From positions 1,736,001 to 1,800,000 of the forward strand of contig BROI01000001.1 in NCBI GenBank assembly GCA_027923505.1: 64,000 nucleotides of DNA. Reading direction: 5' to 3'. Source of the DNA: Mayamaea pseudoterrestris (lineage: Eukaryota). Positions 58,054 to 64,000 of this stretch are shown here, piece by piece. Position numbers and translations under genes: made by a program. The notes beneath the pieces were generated by a model. That model did no database searches. It was not told the DNA's origin and saw only the letters and a program-made list of their open reading frames with translations. Positions within the stretch are counted from its first letter, which is position 1, and every line of letters begins with the position of its first letter.

Positions 58054-59280
58054 ATGATTTTGCCCTTTGTTTCGCTGTGGCTACTTGCACTCTTTGCTTC
58101 TTGGGAAAACATCTCGATTCTTCCTCGCTGCTTCGCCGCCGAAACTTCTTCGGCATCTTCAACTGCCACTCACACGAGCAACCACGCCGTCATTGTCTCA
58201 TCGTCTCGCTACTGGTTCAACTACCGTCATACGACCAACGCATTATCCATCTACCAGTTACTCAAACGAAACGGAATTCCAGATGACAACATTGTCTTGA
58301 TGCTGGCCGACGAGTACGCGATCAACGATCGCAACGTGTACAAAAACAGACTCCTCACCAAGGGGCGGACTGGTGATTCAATCTATGATTCAGACACTCA
58401 GATTGACTACCGCGGAGACGACGTTTCCGTCGACAATTTTTTGCGCGTCCTACGGGGGCAGCCACATGAATCGAGTTTGCCAGTGCTACAAAGCAACCAA
58501 CACAGTCACGTGCTGATTTACTTGACGGGCCACGGCGGAAACCAATTCTTCAAGTTTCAAGACGTGGAAGAAATCACGTCGCAGCAACTGGCGCGCGCCG
58601 TGGCGGGCATGCACGAACGCTCCAAGTACCAGGAAGTCTTAATCGTTGCCGATACTTGCCAAGCGTATACGCTCGCCGATCACATGGAGCAGGTGCCAAA
58701 TGTCACAATCATTGCCAGTTCGCTCAAGGGCGAGTCGTCGTACGCGCATCACGTTGACGGCGACTTGGGACTGTCCGTGACGGAGCGATACACGGCGGCC
58801 ATGGTCGACTACTTAAAGGCGATGCCGGAACATTTGCAAGTGTCGCTCCAGCAAGGCTTGGTGGATCCGTATCCGTTTCGCGTGCAGCGCGCGCACATTG
58901 GTGCGAACGATGCGAGCGCAGTGCGAAAGCTGGACGAAGCGTTGGTGAGTGAATTTTTTGCAAACGTTGAAACCAATGGCAAGGTAGTTGAAGAAGATGT
59001 ACATGACGATTGGATGGCGGTCCACCAGTCACCGCATCGTTTCGTGGCGCCAGTGCGAACGAGTCGAACGACAAACGTGGACTCAACGCAACATGCTGCG
59101 GCAGAATGTTTGATGCAGGACGGTCCGTCTGACAATGGCGCTACTGCTGCGGTGGACGACGAGATACATTCGCAACCCGCAATCTTGTTTCCCGGGATGG
59201 AACCGACTGATCCAATGTTCTTGACGTGGACTGCACTGTTCGTTGGAGCCATTGCATGGATGCAGCAACGGCTCAAGTAA
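58054..59280 (+). CDS. GPI8: GPI-anchor transamidase catalytic subunit (peptidase C13)
   Basis: NHAVIVSSSRYWFNYRH, GIPDDNIVLM, IDYRG, catalytic TGHGG and DTCQA; signal peptide and C-terminal TM. Confidence 0.95.
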   Translation: MILPFVSLWLLALFASWENISILPRCFAAETSSASSTATHTSNHAVIVSSSRYWFNYRHTTNALSIYQLLKRNGIPDDNIVLMLADEYAINDRNVYKNRLLTKGRTGDSIYDSDTQIDYRGDDVSVDNFLRVLRGQPHESSLPVLQSNQHSHVLIYLTGHGGNQFFKFQDVEEITSQQLARAVAGMHERSKYQEVLIVADTCQAYTLADHMEQVPNVTIIASSLKGESSYAHHVDGDLGLSVTERYTAAMVDYLKAMPEHLQVSLQQGLVDPYPFRVQRAHIGANDASAVRKLDEALVSEFFANVETNGKVVEEDVHDDWMAVHQSPHRFVAPVRTSRTTNVDSTQHAAAECLMQDGPSDNGATAAVDDEIHSQPAILFPGMEPTDPMFLTWTALFVGAIAWMQQRLK

Positions 59281-59598
59281 CGATTGCTCGTCGTTTGATG
59301 TTTGTTCCGAATAGCGAGCTACGTACGTTCCGCCATGTGGACAAACGCACAGCTCGTCGAAAAGTTGCGAGGTAATATCATGAGGCGACGAAGCAATCAA
59401 TCTATGACTACGTTTCGACCGATCCGGTGCATGAATAAATTAGCAGCAGCGATGAGCAGAGTGCCGCATTTGCCACAGGCTACTGTAATGACGCCAGCAG
59501 CGAGAGACGCAGTCAATGCCCTCAAATAACACAACGTGTAGCGCTATTGTATGTGATACCAATCCAAGTTGGTTTATTAAGACACCAATTATTATACA

Positions 59599-60633
59599 TC
59601 AATATTGCTGCTGCTGCTCTTTTGGTCCCATGCGCGCCGCATCTCTCGACTTGTTCTTCTTACGCTTCTTCTCCAAAGCTTGATTGACGGCCCGATTTCC
59701 ACCTCGCTGTTTCAACTCATCAAACCTGGCTTCCAGTTCCAGTTGCTTCAGTTCCGCTCGCTTGGGTCGATAGTTGCTGCCTCGTTCGTCCACCAACTTT
59801 TGCTTGACGCGGACTTGAACCGCCTGCTTGACTTGCTGTCGCTCATGGTCGGCCAGTTCCTGCTGCAAATGTTTCAGCGTGGCGCGATCCTCCTCCAATG
59901 ATCCCGTCAAGCCAAGCTTTTTGCGCAGCTGCTGTCCCTTGCGGCCGGCAACTTGTCGCGCGGCAATCTGTTGCTTACATTTGACAATTTCGTTGCGACG
60001 CATCTCGAGCAAAAAGGTGTAATTCTTGTCAAACTGCTGCACATTTACAGCAGCTCCCGCTGACAGATTGGATCTTCGCGGATCTCTTGCCTTGTATCGA
60101 TGGGCAAGCAAGTCAACGCCAAGGCCATTGAAAAGGTTTGGTTTTTGATTGTAAAAGTCGGAGCGTTTATATGATGCTTCCGTTGGCGCGTGTTTGGATC
60201 GTTTCGTCTTTTGTGTTAATGCAGACTTGTCGGACAATTTTGCTGATCTACTGATGGTCTTGGAGTCTTTACTGCTGCCGAGTGTCTGTTTCGTTCGTTG
60301 CTTGGCAGACTCGCGGCGGGCGCGCACGTGACGAAGGTCGACGCCTTGCTGCTCCATGCGCTCGAGTCGCTCCGCAATAGGAAGATTGTCGTAACCTTTA
60401 TCGTCTCCATCATTGCTGGAATCGTCTTGACTATCATTTGAATCATCGTCGTAGCCGTCACTGTCGTCGCCGGAATCAGAACCTGAATCCGAGTCTTCAT
60501 CGTCGCGACTTTTGCGAACAGCGTCACGACTTCGTTTCGTTCCTTTTCCTACTCGACTATTACCAGACTCTTGTCTCTCATTGTCGCTACTACCATCACT
60601 GCAGCTGCTGCTCGAGTCGTCGTCGCTCGACAT
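59599..60633 (-). CDS. RRP36: rRNA biogenesis protein RRP36-like
   Basis: S/D-rich N-terminus, KRSKHAPTEAS, ARDPR, FDKNYTFL, RFDELK...LEKKRKK basic C-terminus. Confidence 0.8.
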   Translation of the reverse strand: MSSDDDSSSSCSDGSSDNERQESGNSRVGKGTKRSRDAVRKSRDDEDSDSGSDSGDDSDGYDDDSNDSQDDSSNDGDDKGYDNLPIAERLERMEQQGVDLRHVRARRESAKQRTKQTLGSSKDSKTISRSAKLSDKSALTQKTKRSKHAPTEASYKRSDFYNQKPNLFNGLGVDLLAHRYKARDPRRSNLSAGAAVNVQQFDKNYTFLLEMRRNEIVKCKQQIAARQVAGRKGQQLRKKLGLTGSLEEDRATLKHLQQELADHERQQVKQAVQVRVKQKLVDERGSNYRPKRAELKQLELEARFDELKQRGGNRAVNQALEKKRKKNKSRDAARMGPKEQQQQY

Positions 60634-61624
60634 GGTGGACAGTTGATATGAGTATATGGGTCGTTTGGTCGAAGGAACAGTGATGCTGGAAATCGAGTGA
60701 TCGAATGGTTGCGCGTGGTGCATTGAGTAACGATACGACATTATTCATGTCGGTCCTTCATCATCGCCAAGTCAGCAGCCACATTTTTCAACCGATACAC
60801 TACCGGTGGTGAATCTTGGCAAAACTCTTCCCGCTGCGTTTAGCGTCATATTCATTGTGGCAGAATGACAATGACGACGACGAAGAAGCCATCCTCAGCA
60901 TGATAGTACTTCCGTCGAGGCTGGGAAGTCGAGTGGCAAGCCTGCCATGTGACATCATGTTATTACAAACAGGAAAAGCAGTGCTTGCCTTAACAATGAT
61001 CTATTCATGCGTTCATTATCTGGCCTTAAATTAAAGCTTTAATAAGTTTCTATCAGGAACACTCCAAAGTACCTCTTGCTGGTGTCCATCAAATTTGCTG
61101 GCCTACCGGTAGATCCCTTGGCGAATGGCCAGCCTTCATTCATTTAAATTGCCAGCTTCAAAGGTGATTGATGGTGCCAAAGTTTGTAAAAATACATGAT
61201 TAACGGCGCAAGAGTTTGTAGCAATAGGCGACGATACGAGGAATCGGATTCGATTCTACGATAGACCGAGAATATCGCCGATCGGCGACCAGGCGTGACA
61301 GGCAATGGCTACGCCTTATTCATGATTGTGATCCGAACAATTCAATATTTAACACGACCCCATGACGCCCGCGCGACCCTCTTCTGTCACTGAGGCTATT
61401 TTGTGACATTCACTATGACTCAGAAAGTGGTCAAGGCGAGTAAACGTTGACGCCAGAATCAAGCCACCCTGCCCTTGTCATCGGCCAGCGCGACAACCGT
61501 TCGCACAAACGCCAGAGGCTCCGACCAGTTTTGCTCATCCTGGCGTCGGTCTTCTTGCGCATAGCCATTTATGTATGATAGCGGCGGTTGATAGTCCAAT
61601 TGCTGCTATTATTTGACCAACGCG

Positions 61625-63388
61625 ATGATGATCCTTTCATTTGCTATCCTGCTTTCGGCAGTTTTTCGCTGTGAAGCATTTGTCGCGGTCGCGCCTTCAC
61701 GAGCGACAGGCCTTTCGCGTATCGCTAGCAATTTGTTTCCAACTGCTAGCAAGCCAATGCATACGCCAGGCATCTCAAGACGCCAAGAATGTTCTCCAAC
61801 TCGACTCGACATGCTACCTGCCTTAGCCAGAACCGCCATTGCAAACGTCGCGGCGACTCGACTCACAACAAAACTCCTGTTGCTCGCCACGGCAACATTT
61901 TTCGTCTTGTTTTGTCAACGGAGTCAATTGCTGTGGCCAAACAGTGCAGGCGATGCAAGTTACGCGCAACCACTACCACCCGGCTCTTTGGGATGTCCAT
62001 TTTTCGGAATGCCATTCTTTTGGGGATCCCGCGACTATGGAGCGGGTGCCTTTTACTTGAAGCAAGCCTCCAAACTGCCGACTGCGGCGCGCAAACTATG
62101 GAAGTTTTACTTTCTTGGCAATCCGTTTGTGGTGGTTGCCGGCGCCGACAATGTCAAGACGATTTTGAACAAGGAGTTTGAGCCCAATGGCATTCGCACC
62201 GCCACGCGCCAGCAGTCGTCGTCTACGTCGCTGGGAACGGCTGCCAGCATTATATCCGAGCAAGACAAGGGACGGCATCAATTTTTGCGGCGACTCATTG
62301 GACAAGCCATTACACCAGCGGCAGTCGCCAAAAGTATTGGTACCTTGCAGCAGGCGGCGGAGGAAAGTGTTGCCAAGATGCTAGCAGCGGCCAAGGATTC
62401 GACATTCAGCAATAGGATTGTCATGGAAGACATTTGCACGGACTTTACGTTGGATGTGGCGTGGCGACAAATCCTTGGGCTCGACTTGACGCCGGATCAA
62501 GTTCCAGTCTTTCACAAGGCGGTGGCCGATTGGATCGGAGGTGTTGTGTCGCTAAGGGCGTTGCTTGGCTTGAACGTCGAAAAAACGCCGTCCTTCAGAG
62601 CCAAGAAATACTTGGAGAGTCTTGTGGAGCAGCAAATTGACACGTTAAAAGCGAATGGACCCGACGCGTCGACCTTGAGTGGCATGGTGTTTGCCAAGGA
62701 TGAGGAAAATCCGACGCGTACCCTATCGCAAGTAGAGATTATCGACAATGCCTTGATTTTGATTCTGGCGGGCAGTGAAACCTCCGCGACGACACTGACC
62801 AACGCCATGCTGTTTCTTGGACTTCATCGAGAAACATGGAATAAGTTGGTGGAAGAACAACGACGCGTTGAAGCTGTTCATGGTGAAGTGCTCACCAAGG
62901 AAACGCTCGACAAGGAATGTCCATACTTGGAAGCTGTCGTGAAGGAGACGATGCGAATAAGGCCCATTAGTGGTGGTATTCCGCGACGAGCGACTTCTAC
63001 GATTGTCATGGACGGCAAGCAGATTCCAAAGGACTGGCTTGTCGATTTCAATGTGGCGCTTACACATCAGCTAGATTCAAAGACGTACAAGGAGGATGGG
63101 TCCAATATGGATATTCGCAAGGGCTTCGTTCCAGAACGATGGCTAAGTCCTGAAACTACGCCTGCCGAATTTATTCCTATGGGTGCTGGTCCACGATATT
63201 GTCTTGGATCCAATTTGGCGTACGCCGAGATGAAGGTGTTCTTAGCAGTTATGGCTCGGAAGGTTGACTTTCAGCTGGTGAATGCGACGGATGATGTAAA
63301 ATGGAAACATATGAGTATTATTCCCAAGCCAAAAGACGGTGTTTTTGTGGAGGTGTCGGAGCCTTCGCGCATTTCAGTTGCGGCCTGA
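61625..63388 (+). CDS. Cytochrome P450 (CYP120/CYP26-like) with bipartite targeting-like N-terminus
   Basis: PLPPGSLG hinge, I-helix AGSETS, K-helix ETMR, PERW, heme motif PMGAGPRYCLG; N-terminus ...RCEA-FVAV. Confidence 0.93.
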   Translation: MMILSFAILLSAVFRCEAFVAVAPSRATGLSRIASNLFPTASKPMHTPGISRRQECSPTRLDMLPALARTAIANVAATRLTTKLLLLATATFFVLFCQRSQLLWPNSAGDASYAQPLPPGSLGCPFFGMPFFWGSRDYGAGAFYLKQASKLPTAARKLWKFYFLGNPFVVVAGADNVKTILNKEFEPNGIRTATRQQSSSTSLGTAASIISEQDKGRHQFLRRLIGQAITPAAVAKSIGTLQQAAEESVAKMLAAAKDSTFSNRIVMEDICTDFTLDVAWRQILGLDLTPDQVPVFHKAVADWIGGVVSLRALLGLNVEKTPSFRAKKYLESLVEQQIDTLKANGPDASTLSGMVFAKDEENPTRTLSQVEIIDNALILILAGSETSATTLTNAMLFLGLHRETWNKLVEEQRRVEAVHGEVLTKETLDKECPYLEAVVKETMRIRPISGGIPRRATSTIVMDGKQIPKDWLVDFNVALTHQLDSKTYKEDGSNMDIRKGFVPERWLSPETTPAEFIPMGAGPRYCLGSNLAYAEMKVFLAVMARKVDFQLVNATDDVKWKHMSIIPKPKDGVFVEVSEPSRISVAA

Positions 63389-64000
63389 TCGAGTTCAGCG
63401 ATATGGCTGTCCTGATTGCTTATAATGCGTAGATTAGAAAGTTAAAAAATATGTATCTACCACATCTTGCTTGATGTTCCCTTATTAGCTTTTCGCCTTC
63501 GAAGACAGCTCTATTGACTTGTAACATCAACCCATGGCCGCAGCGGAGCAGCTAGGCTCTCGTTGTTTCGTTTGCAATTGGATATACCGGTACTTTGAGT
63601 ACGTATATGAGTAGAGCAGGAACTGGTCGATCAAAGTGCTGACTCGTTACTCCTGTTATTCAACCGGTACCGTTCTCTTGCTCTCACAATGAGCGTCGTT
63701 GCAATAAGAAACGTCCAAGGCAGGCAAGCTTCACCCAAGCCATCTATGAAACGACGAGGAAATCGACATTTCGAAGCCAGGCTCGCCTCGCTCGTTGTCG
63801 GTAGTGGTGCGACCCTTGTTTGTGTTGTCGTGCGAGCAAGCCGAGTTTTTAATTTCGATCCAGTGGTACCGTATGATAGTTTATAGAACAGACCGCAGTG
63901 AAAAATTACAGCAATTTTGTCTACTGCATCATTAAACAAAATCATAATCATCTTTTTGCTTTACTTGCATAATGATTAATATGAAGATTGAAGAATCTGC

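Noticed and set aside
63631..63951. ORFs at the right window edge
   Set aside because: Short, without motifs, and with no context beyond the edge.

Overview
Gene-dense eukaryotic nuclear DNA from a diatom, most likely a raphid pennate. This is inferred from short GT-AG introns, bipartite plastid-targeting N-termini and a CoDi-type Ty1/copia element. The window opens in the 5' half of an apparently intact CoDi-I copia retrotransposon (minus strand, running off the left edge) beside a CpG-eroded flank. About 22 host genes follow: a lipase, a 6-exon P2-type ATPase, a frameshifted ankyrin/J-domain gene, Ser/Thr dehydratase, RecQ helicase, a GPI-anchored Pro/Thr protein, a KEA-type K+/H+ antiporter, AP-1 mu, histone H1, an SGNH protein, fibrillin, a giant mucin-like Pro/Thr protein, an AGC kinase, two histone H4 genes, an ARM-like protein, a PAO/TIC55-like Rieske oxygenase, GPI8, RRP36, a P450 and a few hypotheticals. 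Four observations stand out. (1) A 26-nt element containing a non-canonical 6-bp-stem/4-nt-loop hairpin sits in the 3' regions of histone H1 and one H4; it is absent from the other H4 (R95K). This suggests a divergent, intron-compatible histone stem-loop system. (2) The palindrome TACCGGTA recurs in non-coding DNA. (3) The mucin has a hierarchical repeat with a near-perfect 6061-bp frameshifting duplication, possibly an assembly artefact. (4) Several CpG-depletion footprints are visible. All exon models and family calls were made by eye, without database searches.
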